Positions 27,643 to 36,742 of a stretch of DNA of 64,000 nucleotides are shown piece by piece. The position numbers and the translations under genes are program-made. This stretch comes from Thermoplasmata archaeon. Its GTDB lineage: Archaea; Thermoplasmatota; Thermoplasmata; Lutacidiplasmatales; UBA184. Numbering within the stretch: position 1 is the stretch's first letter; each line of letters starts with the position of its first letter. The notes under the pieces are model-generated. The model did no database searches, was not told the origin of the DNA, and was given only the letters and a program-made list of their open reading frames with translations. The DNA lies in NCBI GenBank assembly GCA_049675585.1, contig JBAUAJ010000126.1, forward strand, positions 1,554 through 65,553. Reading direction: 5' to 3'.

Positions 27643-28839
27643 ATGCCAATCGAGCCCCCGGGGGACGAGCCTACGTGGAAGAAAGAAATTCTCGCGATCA
27701 TTCGGGGCCAGTGGAACCCCAACCAGGTTTTCTCGTTGGAAGATCTCTATGCGATATCGGGTCCGCTTGCAAAGCGCCATGCGTCCAATCGGAATGTCGA
27801 GGAGAAAATCAGGCAGATACTTCAGCAGCTCCGGGATGACGGAGAGATTACCTTTGTTGACTTCGACGGTCACTACTCATCGAGCAAGCTCAAACTAGAT
27901 CCTGGCGACGGCATCCTCCGCGTGCCTACCCAGGACCTGAGATCGCAGCTGATTCGGATCCGAGACATGCTCGGAGAGGTAGTGCGAAGCTCTGAGCTCC
28001 AACGTCAGATTCGAGGCTTTGGCAGCCAGAAGGGAATCTACAAACCGTCCGGCTCGAGATACGCACTCTGGGTGCGTCAGACACTGAAGAGCCCCTACCC
28101 AGACAGAGACCTCCGTTACCGCCCCGATGGGTCGTGGACCTATCGCTACTCGCCGGAAGGTCGAGCGGGATTGATCGATTTGAACTTGGACGCTAACAAG
28201 AGTCTTCTGAGATGCATGGAGGATCATGTCCCGGTCGGCGTGTTCAGACAAATTTCGGGAGGGGGAGGACTGGCGACCTATGAGATTCTAGGACTCGCCA
28301 TAGTCGAATCCTTCGATGGTGAGCACTTCGTATTGCATGGAGAATCGATTGAGCCGGAGAAGACGCCAGCGTTTGCAAATATGTCGCCGAAGTTTCTACC
28401 ATTCGAATTTTCCACAGGACGCCACGATTTGGTTTCACGAATCGTCCGGGATCATCGCTTTGGCGTAGCCGTGCGAAGAATCTACCACGAGCGGTGCAGT
28501 CTTTGCAACATTGGGTTCAGAGTGGGGGGCCAATCGACGGCGCTGGATGCTGCCCACATCATTCCGGTTAACGAAAAAGGAGTTATGGGGGACCTACGAA
28601 ACGGAATTCTCCTCTGTAAAAACCACCACGCACTTTTCGACGACTATGCTTGGACGATGGATTCCGACCTATCTGTCAGATTGGCTCCAGACAAAGGATT
28701 GAGAGAATCTGCCCTTGGAAACCATATTGTCAGCCTCGAAGGCAAACGTCTCCCAAACCTGCCTACTGAAGAGGAAAACCGCCCCGCTGCTGAAGCGGTA
28801 CGATGGCGGCTCGATCGATTCGACCGTGCTTGGAGGTAG
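27643..28839 (+). CDS. HNH endonuclease with N-terminal wHTH-like and central SRA/YDG-like region (putative type IV restriction enzyme)
   Basis: 398 aa. The C-terminal HNH_2-type motif is CSLCNIGF...LDAAHIIP...RNGILLCKNHHALFD. The central GIYKPSGSRYALWVRQ...YRYSPEGR resembles the PUA-like SRA/YDG fold (lower confidence). Confidence 0.7.
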   Translation: MPIEPPGDEPTWKKEILAIIRGQWNPNQVFSLEDLYAISGPLAKRHASNRNVEEKIRQILQQLRDDGEITFVDFDGHYSSSKLKLDPGDGILRVPTQDLRSQLIRIRDMLGEVVRSSELQRQIRGFGSQKGIYKPSGSRYALWVRQTLKSPYPDRDLRYRPDGSWTYRYSPEGRAGLIDLNLDANKSLLRCMEDHVPVGVFRQISGGGGLATYEILGLAIVESFDGEHFVLHGESIEPEKTPAFANMSPKFLPFEFSTGRHDLVSRIVRDHRFGVAVRRIYHERCSLCNIGFRVGGQSTALDAAHIIPVNEKGVMGDLRNGILLCKNHHALFDDYAWTMDSDLSVRLAPDKGLRESALGNHIVSLEGKRLPNLPTEEENRPAAEAVRWRLDRFDRAWR

Positions 28840-28999
28840 TGGTTCCCAGACTTCGACAAGCCGACGCCGATCACTCAATGCGCAGGGGTGGCACTGGTCG
28901 GCAGGCGCAGCGTTTCTCGCTCGCCGCCTAGCGAAGGTCGATGGGGCCACCGAAAGAGCTCGGGGTCAACTGATTGGTTAGACTCTGCCGCACATACAG

Positions 29000-29017
29000 G
29001 TGCAATTCTCATTGTGC
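29000..29017. repeat. Possible degenerate palindrome site S12
   Basis: GTGCAA ttctca TTGTGC (3 mismatches), intergenic between 28839 and 29087. Not significant on its own. Confidence 0.4.
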
Positions 29018-29086
29018 ACACCTTTCGCAGAGGCGACTTGAAAGCTGAATAGCGGGAGGTAGCTCACCAGCCTCGCTGGAGAGCAT

Positions 29087-29626
29087 GTGTTCGGGAGTCG
29101 CGGAACTCGCTGGCTTGCTCCGAATAGATACGCGTCGACTTGCGTCAGGTGTGAGCAGACAGTTCCAGCGGGCACTGGTGAGTTTCGAAATGATGGCACC
29201 AGGTGGATCGTTCGCCACTCCGGTGGTCTGTGCCACACGGTCGCATACACTCAGTACGTCTCACAGGAATCCGTGCAATGGCAGCAGGTTCGTCACGCCC
29301 GAATGGAATACTCTGGCTATCAGTGTGAATGGCGGGGATGGTTCTCGGGACGGTGCATCGTGACCTGGCCCCTCCAATGTCATCACCGTCACTATCGAAA
29401 TCTGGGCGCCGAGCCCCTCGGTGATTTGATTATGCTCTGCATTCCGCACCACAACCTAGCTGACAGTCGGCGCAAACTCTGGGGAGCCTGGCCCCTGATC
29501 GGCCACCCGTTTTGGAACGCGTCCGCCCCAATCGCCGATAGTTCCCATCAGCCCGGCCCAACCTCCCCGTCGGCTACGGTGCGGACGGCCGATCAATCCG
29601 TCCAGCCACCGCCCGAATCCAAATGA
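29087..29626 (+). CDS. HNH nuclease domain protein with N-terminal zinc ribbon
   Basis: 179 aa with CVRCEQ...LCH and an HNH core QCHHRHYRNLGAEPLGDLIMLCIPHHN. Confidence 0.65.
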   Translation: MFGSRGTRWLAPNRYASTCVRCEQTVPAGTGEFRNDGTRWIVRHSGGLCHTVAYTQYVSQESVQWQQVRHARMEYSGYQCEWRGWFSGRCIVTWPLQCHHRHYRNLGAEPLGDLIMLCIPHHNLADSRRKLWGAWPLIGHPFWNASAPIADSSHQPGPTSPSATVRTADQSVQPPPESK

Positions 29627-29681
29627 CCGGGGCATCGCGCGAGGCCGTCGCTCCGAGGCTAATGACCCGGAATCTGACTGG

Positions 29682-29699
29682 CTACAATTCCTGTTGAAC
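29682..29699 (+). repeat. Intergenic palindrome site S13
   Basis: CTACAA ttcctg TTGAAC (2 mismatches), 56 nt after the 29626 stop. Confidence 0.6.
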
Positions 29700-29808
29700 A
29701 TAGACAACCCGATTAAGGGGCTTGCCCGCCCTCCACGGACTCTCCCTGGAGAATTAGTCTACCTCGGCGAGGCAAGTTGTGATATTGCGCTCTTGTCGAG
29801 TTTAAAGC

Positions 29809-30093
29809 TCAGCGAACACCCAAAGACGGGGTTCCTTGATCTGTTAACGGAGGCTGCAGCACCGACTTCCTTAGCTTTCTTTCCGCCGAGATAAGACGGA
29901 CTAGCTGTTGCGCTTGCACAGAGTAGACTGGGAGCCCAGTGTTTCCGTCGTTTCCCACCCTGAGGACGCCCATGACGACAGTTTGTAGCTCCACGATGGC
30001 GCCCTCTTTGACCTTTATCCGAATCTTGCCGTCCCCCTCCTCAACAAACCAGTCAACGAGATCTGCATTAGCCAGATTTGGCGAGGGCTGCAT
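29809..30093 (-). CDS. Hypothetical protein (third gene of an orphan three-gene operon)
   Basis: ATG at 30093, 2 nt after the stop of 30096..30506: MQPSPNLANADLVDWFVEEGDGKIRIKVKEGAIVELQ..., 94 aa. The longer track ORF (to 30486) overlaps the upstream gene out of frame. Confidence 0.4.
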   Translation of the reverse strand: MQPSPNLANADLVDWFVEEGDGKIRIKVKEGAIVELQTVVMGVLRVGNDGNTGLPVYSVQAQQLVRLISAERKLRKSVLQPPLTDQGTPSLGVR

Positions 30094-30095
30094 CG

Positions 30096-30506
30096 CTACT
30101 TCCCTCCCCTGGACTTGCGCGCAAGGGACGTCGCGACTAGCTGCATCTGAAGCCAGTTGGTGACGGGACCAAACAAGCTGTTTCTGGAGACGTCCTGAAC
30201 TCGAAAGGCTAGCATAGGCTTCTCGGGCAGGTGAACTTCCTTCTCGAATTTCGGCATGGGAGCAGCTTCGACTCCCTCCCACACAAGCTCTCCGTCGAGG
30301 AAACGCTGAGTAAGCGCCTCCGACCCCTGCCCCCCCCCAAGGGCTTGAAATCTGAACAACACCCCATTCCCCCAGAAACACGCCGCCACCCCGGCGGCAT
30401 TTGATGGGATATTGTCGGTCGCAGTTTGCATGAACTCCTCTGCGTTGGCATACAGAGTGAGTGCCTTGATCTCCAGCTTTTCCCATGGTTTGTATTCGAC
30501 TTTCAT
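30096..30506 (-). CDS. Hypothetical protein (136 aa)
   Basis: The ORF has balanced composition (MKVEYKPWEKLEIKALTLYANAEEF...). It starts 9 nt after the stop of 30516..30968. No family recognised. Confidence 0.5.
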   Translation of the reverse strand: MKVEYKPWEKLEIKALTLYANAEEFMQTATDNIPSNAAGVAACFWGNGVLFRFQALGGGQGSEALTQRFLDGELVWEGVEAAPMPKFEKEVHLPEKPMLAFRVQDVSRNSLFGPVTNWLQMQLVATSLARKSRGGK

Positions 30507-30515
30507 TTCTTGCTC

Positions 30516-30968
30516 CTATGCAGATGTTGGGCTACTCTGAATCAGAACTGCTGTTGCGTCCCTGACTGGCGTTAGCTGTGATCTCCCAAGCGTGGTGCCG
30601 GTCAAACTCGGAGCCGAACTTGATTCTATGATCGGGACGAGTCCACTCATGCCGAGAACCGTACGAAGGTCATCAGGAAGTTTCGCGAATGTCTCTGGCA
30701 TCCGGGTCCAATCGATCATGTGAAACCACTCTGCCTTCTGAGCCATAAGAAACAGGAACTCCTTGTTACGAACACCTAACTTCTGCCCAATTTCCTTAGG
30801 AATAGTCACTCGAAGAATCGAGTAGTCCTTTCCCCTCCGGGTGCGGACTTTGTGGACTCGGGCGACAAAAGGAACGGCAGAAGGTGAGTAACGAATCGTC
30901 GTCCTCGAGAGTACCACGGTTTCCGTCGTCACAGACACCGGAGCCGCCACGGCCGTCCCCTGATCCAT
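30516..30968 (-). CDS. AbrB/SpoVT-like domain protein
   Basis: 150 aa. The segment YSILRVTIPKEIGQKLGVRNKEFLFLM resembles the swapped-hairpin AbrB/MazE fold. Confidence 0.55.
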   Translation of the reverse strand: MDQGTAVAAPVSVTTETVVLSRTTIRYSPSAVPFVARVHKVRTRRGKDYSILRVTIPKEIGQKLGVRNKEFLFLMAQKAEWFHMIDWTRMPETFAKLPDDLRTVLGMSGLVPIIESSSAPSLTGTTLGRSQLTPVRDATAVLIQSSPTSA

Positions 30969-31030
30969 GCCTTACCTAACTCGACACGCCTTATATAAGT
31001 GTGTACATACAATATGTAGTGTGATAACAC

Positions 31031-31357
31031 ATGCCTGTGGAGCTTGAGCCGTTCGATACGGCCGTGCTGGTTGCGTTGGCTCACGCATGCAATCAGTCGT
31101 TGTCGGCTCACCCACCCATTCATGCGATTCAATCAAAATTCGCAAAACATCTACGAGGGGATGTGCCTCGTTCTCTTGATCGCCTGAGGCGCAATCGATA
31201 CTGTCAGAAGCACCCAACGGGTGGTGGTATCACTTGGCAACTAACCAGGGAGGGGCTGGTCCTGGCACTATCGATCCTCCAAGGCACGCCCGGCCCGACA
31301 AGAATCGGTAGCGATTCAGGCGCCGATGGGATCCCCGATCGCGCCCGGTCCCCATGA
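31031..31357 (+). CDS. Winged-helix DNA-binding protein, divergent from the 30968 operon
   Basis: 108 aa with FDTAVLVALAHA...SLDRLRRNRYCQKHPTGGGITWQLTREG, a wHTH-like pattern. Confidence 0.5.
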   Translation: MPVELEPFDTAVLVALAHACNQSLSAHPPIHAIQSKFAKHLRGDVPRSLDRLRRNRYCQKHPTGGGITWQLTREGLVLALSILQGTPGPTRIGSDSGADGIPDRARSP

Positions 31358-31519
31358 AAAAATTTCCCGATACTTGCCAAGCAACGTCGCGAGTCGGGCC
31401 GCATTTCTGAATCGATGGAACTCTAGTTTCGTCCCGTTACGGATGGAATCTCCACCAGTTCTGAGACAGCAGGGTTGGCACATTGAGAGCGGGTATAGGA
31501 GTACTCTCTCTCGAACTGT

Positions 31520-31537
31520 GTTCAATTCTTGTTGAAC
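31520..31537 (+). repeat. Intergenic palindrome site S14
   Basis: GTTCAA ttcttg TTGAAC, exact, with flanks tgt / ct. Confidence 0.9.
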
Positions 31538-31675
31538 CTACCTCGGAGTCGAGTTGCCGAGAACTAGCACGCTGGGCCTGCTTGCGAGAGGAGAGGATGC
31601 GCAGGGCTCCACCCGATCAGATCGGAGTTCATCTCGGAGGAGAAGCACAGTTCGGTAGAACGGTATCACGCCGTC

Positions 31676-32077
31676 TTAGTATGATTCGATGTGGAGTCCA
31701 GTCGCCTCGGCGATGTAGTAGAAGTCCTTGTCGCGGGTGACGAGGCTATGGCCGCCCGAAAGCGCGATCCCTGCAGTGAGTATGTCCGCGGCTCCTTTGA
31801 TTCGGCCCAGGCTCAATAACTCGGTCTGGACCTCGGCCGCACGTTCCGCAGCCCCCAAGTCCAGGGGCGCCACTTGAAACTTGGTAACGTACCCTCTGAA
31901 CCTCGTCGCCTGCGTCTTGGATCGCGCCCGCAGGATGCCAGTTAGGACTTCGTAAATCACTGGCGTTGGAAGAACTATGGAATCGGCCCGGCCTTCCAAC
32001 TCCTCGAGCTTCCGAGTGGCCGCCGGAAGTCGTCGCGAGAAGTCTATGAAGAACGTAGAATCAATTGCGACGCCCAC
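31676..32077 (-). CDS. vapC: PIN-domain VapC toxin
   Basis: AIDSTFFIDF...LPTPVIYEVL...ADILTAGIALSGGHSLVTRDKDF shows the PIN acidic residues. GTG at 32077 was chosen as the start (17-nt overlap with vapB). The track start at 32143 is less likely. Confidence 0.75.
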   Translation of the reverse strand: MGVAIDSTFFIDFSRRLPAATRKLEELEGRADSIVLPTPVIYEVLTGILRARSKTQATRFRGYVTKFQVAPLDLGAAERAAEVQTELLSLGRIKGAADILTAGIALSGGHSLVTRDKDFYYIAEATGLHIESY

Positions 32078-32321
32078 GGCCCCTCCTTTCCTTCCGGGCT
32101 TGAACGAGCTCGAACGCGAGATCTTCGGCCCGGAGGTGCTCAATCGCCTTACCGATGGCGTTGGCGTCCGCCTCGGAGAATATTTCCAGGAACCCCCGAA
32201 GTGACGGGCGATTCGGTTCCAGAAGCCTGAGGACGGTATCCGAAAAGCTCTCTTTGGACCGCTTAACCGACTTGAGTCGCTCGTACGCCGATCTCTCTAG
32301 CGTAACGGTTGTGGTTGTCAT
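32061..32321 (-). CDS. vapB: VapB-like antitoxin (archaeal DUF217 type)
   Basis: 86 aa with TTTVTLERSAYERLKSVKRSKESFSDTVLRLL. Confidence 0.75.
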   Translation of the reverse strand: MTTTTVTLERSAYERLKSVKRSKESFSDTVLRLLEPNRPSLRGFLEIFSEADANAIGKAIEHLRAEDLAFELVQARKERRGRGRRN

Positions 32322-32419
32322 GTGTCAATGCCAATGCACACACGAGCATTTGAAACTTGAGGTCGGGCTGGAATCTGACGCGTCGGTGGCCCTCCTTGAT
32401 TTCCATCCACTGCGCCCAG

Positions 32420-32437
32420 GTTCAACCCTTCTTGAAC
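32420..32437. repeat. Intergenic palindrome site S15
   Basis: GTTCAA cccttc TTGAAC, exact. Polarity is ambiguous. It is 99 nt beyond the vapB start. Confidence 0.9.
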
Positions 32438-32716
32438 GCGGGGTTCTCAATTCGAAATGAAATCGCCCGGCTTGGATCTAGTTCCGGCTCCAAGAGCCTC
32501 TGTTTCTGGTCGCAGCGTTCATTGTTGTCACCGTGTCAGGGGATGGCAGGACGCCGGAACCGTTCGACCGCCAGGGGTCTCTTCGCGCTTGCCGGTTCAA
32601 CCGAACCCATTATCGCTAGAACGCGATGCCCCTGCATGTCCGGCGCATCGTCCGAAAGCAGTCCTCGGCCCGACAACTTGTCCCAGGTCCCACCGGCCGG
32701 TGGGAGCAAGGCCGCC

Positions 32717-33256
32717 ATGGGACTGGGCCAGATTGCCTTGATTCTAGGTGTGGTTGCTCTGGTCCTGGGCGGCTCTGCCCTTGGTATCGTCCTGACCAAG
32801 TCGGGCCCCGCAGGCTCGCGGGGTCCGCCCGGCTCCGGTGTCCAGGTAACCCACTCCGCTTACCAGGCCACCCAGTCGGTCCCCAACGACACTTGCACGG
32901 CCGCCACCGGGTCTGAAATCTCGTTTACCGTCACTACTCCGGGGAACGTGACGATCCTGGCCGCGGTGTCCGTTCTCGTGGTCCACACTACGGGCGACGC
33001 GATGACGTATGACGTGACCCTCCAGAGTACCGCGGCGAGTTGTAACGCGCTCACCAATGATTGGGTGGAGGGTGGGGTGGACTACTCGGCACCGACTACA
33101 AACTACGCGCAACAGGTCAGCCTGGTCGATACGTTCCCCGTAACGACGGCGGGTACTTACGGATTCGAAGTGGTGGGGAACTTTTTCAACTTTTACGGTG
33201 TCGATTCCGCGAATTACAACGGAATCAGCGTATCCGCAGCGTTCTACCCATCCTAG
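32717..33256 (+). CDS. Membrane-anchored hypothetical protein with short collagen-like GPxG tract
   Basis: From ATG 32717: MGLGQIALILGVVALVLGGSALGIVL (TM), then GPAGSRGPPGSG, then a beta-rich domain. ATG 32636 is an alternative start. The track ORF from 32357 has an R/S-rich N-terminus and was trimmed. Confidence 0.55.
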   Translation: MGLGQIALILGVVALVLGGSALGIVLTKSGPAGSRGPPGSGVQVTHSAYQATQSVPNDTCTAATGSEISFTVTTPGNVTILAAVSVLVVHTTGDAMTYDVTLQSTAASCNALTNDWVEGGVDYSAPTTNYAQQVSLVDTFPVTTAGTYGFEVVGNFFNFYGVDSANYNGISVSAAFYPS

Positions 33257-33484
33257 GAAATCACATTCCTGGAACTCACCCGTGCGAGGGACGAACCGCG
33301 ACCTGGACTTCCCTGGGCTCGCGGCGGGAAACCTTGTGTATTCGTACCAGGACACGGCGCGGTGAGCAGGTGCGCCCCATCGGACCGACCCGCAGGTCGA
33401 ACCCAGTCGGACGCTGGGTAAGGGCAGGTGAGCCGGGCTTAGCCGTCTAGCCCGCGTGGACCGACTTGCACTCCCTACTGGAGT

Positions 33485-33502
33485 GTCCATCTCTTGTTGT
33501 AC
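33485..33502. repeat. Possible degenerate palindrome site S16
   Basis: GTCCAT ctcttg TTGTAC cc (3 mismatches). The spacer and 3' flank are family-like. Not significant alone. Confidence 0.35.
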
Positions 33503-33624
33503 CCACCGAGTTCGAAGAGGCGCACCCCCACTCACTTTTGGCTCGATCCTCTTCGGGCAGTCGACCCTTGGATGGTTCTTCCCCCCTATGAGTCGCCAAC
33601 CTTCTCTGCGGACTCTCCGAGCCC

Positions 33625-33642
33625 GGTCGACTTTGATTGAGC
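33625..33642. repeat. Possible degenerate palindrome site S17
   Basis: GGTCGA ctttga TTGAGC (3 mismatches), 4 nt from the 3' end of 33646..34584. Confidence 0.3.
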
Positions 33643-33645
33643 CGG

Positions 33646-34584
33646 CTATGGCGGAGGGACCGGGTCTTGGGAGCGAGGGGGCTCCGCCTTCCCCTTAGGA
33701 TCGAAGTGGGTGGAATCCACCCACTTCTGGGCGCCCGGGAGCCGGAAGAGCGAGTACGTGGAGAGAGCGATGAATGCGCCTGCAGCCAAGCCGAAAATCA
33801 GATCCCCCAGAGTCGAGCTCGCCCATTTCAGTTTCACTAGGACCTGGGAAAGGCCGAACGAAACGACCAGGCCATCCATCGCCATCACGAGGCGCGTGAA
33901 CGAATCCCGAGAGACCCGTCCAAGTAGCCAGGTCCCGATGGGCACGCCGACCACCACTGGGATGAGCAGGTACGGGATGAGCCCGAGAGAAGGCAACGTG
34001 TACAGCCGCGCGCCAAGGAACTCCGTGAACAGAAAATACGTGGTCAGCGTGAGGCTCGACTCCGCGACTCGAACTTGCGCTATGGTACAGCGGAACTCGT
34101 TTCGCGACAAGCCCTGGTTCCGGAAGAACACCGCGAGCGGCGGACCCGAGATCGTTGTGAGAGCGTAGAGGAATCCGATCCCCGGACCGATGATCGACCC
34201 GCTCCGGCGTTCGTTCGTGAACGGCCGGCGCAGTCCGAGGAGTTGGACGAGGACCATCGGGATGAGTAGAATGTAGACGGCGAATTTGACCTCGTTGACG
34301 GCGAGGTAGCTAAGGCCGAGGGCGCCGAGCAGCACTCCGGGCAGAAGCGTCGTAATGACCGGCATTGCCCGACTCTTGGTGACGGCAATGTACGCGCGCT
34401 CCCGGAACAAGAGGGTGACATTGACCACAAGCTCGACGCTGACGACGGCAGGGTTCAGGACCTTGTTTGAGAACCAGAGAAGCGCAATGGGGGTGAGGAT
34501 CGAGGAGAACCCGTAGCCGATCGCCCCATTGATTGTCGATGCGCCAAGTGCGACGAATGCCAACCAGACACTCGACCAATCCAT
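33646..34584 (-). CDS. TauE/SafE (TSUP) family anion exporter
   Basis: 312 aa, about 8 TM, with INGAIGYGFSSILTPIALL and a second-half repeat IGPGIGFLYALTTISGPPLAVF. Confidence 0.8.
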   Translation of the reverse strand: MDWSSVWLAFVALGASTINGAIGYGFSSILTPIALLWFSNKVLNPAVVSVELVVNVTLLFRERAYIAVTKSRAMPVITTLLPGVLLGALGLSYLAVNEVKFAVYILLIPMVLVQLLGLRRPFTNERRSGSIIGPGIGFLYALTTISGPPLAVFFRNQGLSRNEFRCTIAQVRVAESSLTLTTYFLFTEFLGARLYTLPSLGLIPYLLIPVVVGVPIGTWLLGRVSRDSFTRLVMAMDGLVVSFGLSQVLVKLKWASSTLGDLIFGLAAGAFIALSTYSLFRLPGAQKWVDSTHFDPKGKAEPPRSQDPVPPP

Positions 34585-34720
34585 GCTGTTCCGCTCCTTG
34601 GATTCGGCGGAGTGGTCCGCGTAAATACGGGTTCCGAAGTGCGCAAACGATGCTAGAAAGCCGCAGGTTTCGTCGTGGTTACATCCTGCGCAGTCGAGAG
34701 TAGCCGCCTGTCACGGGTGT

Positions 34721-34738
34721 GCTCAACTCCTGTTGAAC
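34721..34738 (+). repeat. Intergenic palindrome site S18
   Basis: GCTCAA ctcctg TTGAAC (1 mismatch), with 5' flank gtgt. Confidence 0.75.
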
Positions 34739-34798
34739 CGAATCGACCCTCGTGGACCCTAGGGCGTCGTGGTGCTGTGATCCAGAGATTGGAGTTGC

Positions 34799-35698
34799 CT
34801 ACTTGCTTGGCCCCAGTTGGGGGTTTAAACCACGGGTAAGATACTTCTGGTCCCTCAAGTAACGGCGGAAGAACCACTGAATGAACGGTCGAGCGTCCCC
34901 TGTGACACTGGATCTTTCCAAGGCATGGTAGTATCCTCGCCGCTTTCCGAACAAAATGTTGAGCATCGGGTAGCCCTCCTCGAACAAGATCATGTTCATC
35001 GCCAAGCGCCCAATGCGTCCGTTACCGTCGCCAAACGGATGGACGTTCTCAAACTCGAAGTGAAACCTCCCGGCCCGTTCCACCGCGCTCCCCTTGCCTC
35101 GCCCCCGATTGAGCCTGCGAAGCAACTCGATCGACATCGGGCGAACCTCCAACGGGGGCGGCGGAACGTGCCGACTTCTCCCGATCCGAACTTCGAAATC
35201 TCTGATTCGCCCAGCGATTTCGGGCTTAGTTTCTCCGAAAATCGCCTTGTGCCACGCCAGGAGGTGAGGGAGATCGATTGGCTCTGGCTTCGCTAGGAGC
35301 CGACTCACGAGATTGCCGTGTAGTTGTGCCTCCCGAACGTCGTGTATCGGCCGGAAACTGGGGCTGAGGCCGCGGATTAACAAGTCGGAGGTCTCCTGGA
35401 AGGTCAGCGTGGAACCTTCAATCCGATTTGTATCGTAAGTGAACTCGACGACAAACTCGTGCTGCTCCTTTTCTAGGATTGACGGGGGAATGGCTCGCAG
35501 GCGCTCCTGATAAGCCTCGTGAATTCGACGGAATGCAGGAAACCAGGACTCTTCCCAGACTTCTTGTTCGAGCTGTTCGCGCGGTCGCGTCAGATCGCCA
35601 GGCAGGTCCACCCCTAGGTACCTTCCCTTCGTGTGGACCTTCCCCGCCCAACGATACGTTTGGACGAGGTATCGATACTTCCGGCTGCCATGGGACAC
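34799..35698 (-). CDS. Fic/DOC-family protein (AMPylase-type)
   Basis: 299 aa with the canonical Fic motif HPFGDGNGRIGR. Confidence 0.85.
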   Translation of the reverse strand: MSHGSRKYRYLVQTYRWAGKVHTKGRYLGVDLPGDLTRPREQLEQEVWEESWFPAFRRIHEAYQERLRAIPPSILEKEQHEFVVEFTYDTNRIEGSTLTFQETSDLLIRGLSPSFRPIHDVREAQLHGNLVSRLLAKPEPIDLPHLLAWHKAIFGETKPEIAGRIRDFEVRIGRSRHVPPPPLEVRPMSIELLRRLNRGRGKGSAVERAGRFHFEFENVHPFGDGNGRIGRLAMNMILFEEGYPMLNILFGKRRGYYHALERSSVTGDARPFIQWFFRRYLRDQKYLTRGLNPQLGPSK

Positions 35699-35893
35699 AG
35701 TTCGTACCGTCGCCGTGCGTACCCATACAAATTGACGTCATATTAGTGTTTGCGGCTAAATGTAGGGGCAATTCCAGCCCAGGTCACCCGCCTCAGGGGC
35801 GAAGACTCGGAACCCTGCACGAGGCGCAAATCAGAGGAATGGGCCAAGGAAGCCGCGGGCCGCGATTCGCTGATTTTCCAAGCTCACAGGAAT

Positions 35894-35911
35894 GTTCAAC
35901 TCTCGTTGAAC
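35894..35911 (+). repeat. Intergenic palindrome site S19
   Basis: GTTCAA ctctcg TTGAAC, exact. The 7-nt arms are GTTCAAC / GTTGAAC. It is 25 nt from the 3' end of 35936..36238. Confidence 0.9.
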
Positions 35912-35935
35912 CTGCGACGGGAGCTCGGTGGTTGA

Positions 35936-36238
35936 CTACTTTGTAGGCACTTTGCCTCGCTTGGGCGGCCGTCTAGGATACGCCCTTGGGCGGGGGGCGA
36001 TTCGCGTAAAGATCACAACTAGGCCGTCGATCCGATAGAAGACACGGTATTCGCCCAGATGAAATCTCCACTCTCCCGGGTGTCGGGCGCCTTGGCGTAC
36101 CCGGAGCCAAGGGTAGGATCGGAAGGGGTTTCTCAGTAAGTAGACCAGCTTTTCTCGAAACAGAACCCGGAGGGGGGCGGGAAGCGAGAGGAACTCCTTT
36201 TCGGCCGTTTCGAGGAATTCGAAGTCGTAGGGGGTCAA
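35936..36238 (-). CDS. RelE/ParE-family type II toxin
   Basis: 100 aa with EWRFHLGEYRVFYRIDGLVVIFTRIAPRPRAY. It overlaps the antitoxin by 4 nt. Confidence 0.8.
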   Translation of the reverse strand: MTPYDFEFLETAEKEFLSLPAPLRVLFREKLVYLLRNPFRSYPWLRVRQGARHPGEWRFHLGEYRVFYRIDGLVVIFTRIAPRPRAYPRRPPKRGKVPTK

Positions 36239-36468
36239 GCCAGCCCAGCCTTCCTAAGAACCCGTTTGCCGGGGATGCGCTTCTCCGTACGCCACCGCCG
36301 CTCTACTTCGGCGTAGAACTCCTCATCGAAGTGAGCATCCTCAAGGAGATCTTGCAGCACGTCATCGAAACTCTCACCCTGCCCCTTTACAGACTCCAGA
36401 AGTCGTCGAGTCCGCTCGGTCACGGTGATCGTAGTTGGACGGGTAAGCGATGCGGACACGAGCATCAA
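36235..36468 (-). CDS. Antitoxin (DUF217/VapB-like family)
   Basis: 77 aa with TTITVTERTRRLLESVKGQGESFDDVLQDLLED. Confidence 0.7.
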   Translation of the reverse strand: MMLVSASLTRPTTITVTERTRRLLESVKGQGESFDDVLQDLLEDAHFDEEFYAEVERRWRTEKRIPGKRVLRKAGLA

Positions 36469-36579
36469 TTGTATCCAATTGATATAAACCCTGGCCAGGA
36501 GATGGAGTGTGAGTTCACTCGAAGGATGCCATCATCCGTGAATCACCAAGGTCCGTCCGGGGCGAATCCGGCACCCTGC

Positions 36580-36597
36580 GTTCAAATCTTGTTGAAC
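36580..36597 (+). repeat. Intergenic palindrome site S20
   Basis: GTTCAA atcttg TTGAAC, exact, with 3' flank cc. Confidence 0.9.
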
Positions 36598-36742
36598 CCA
36601 CTCCTTGCCCGCGAGCCGAGATTCCGCGAGAGAGTGCCCTCGCGTTACTCACTAATTATTGGGCGGGGCAGGATCGGCCGCGAGGGCCGCCCTGCCGCGG
36701 GGAAGGGGTTGGGCGCAGCTGGTCCGATATCTAGCCCCGCGA

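Noticed and set aside
32357-32716. Upstream 120 codons of ORF 32357..33256.
   Set aside because: It would run across palindrome site S15, is R/S/C-rich, and precedes an obvious Met + TM helix start at 32717 (or 32636).
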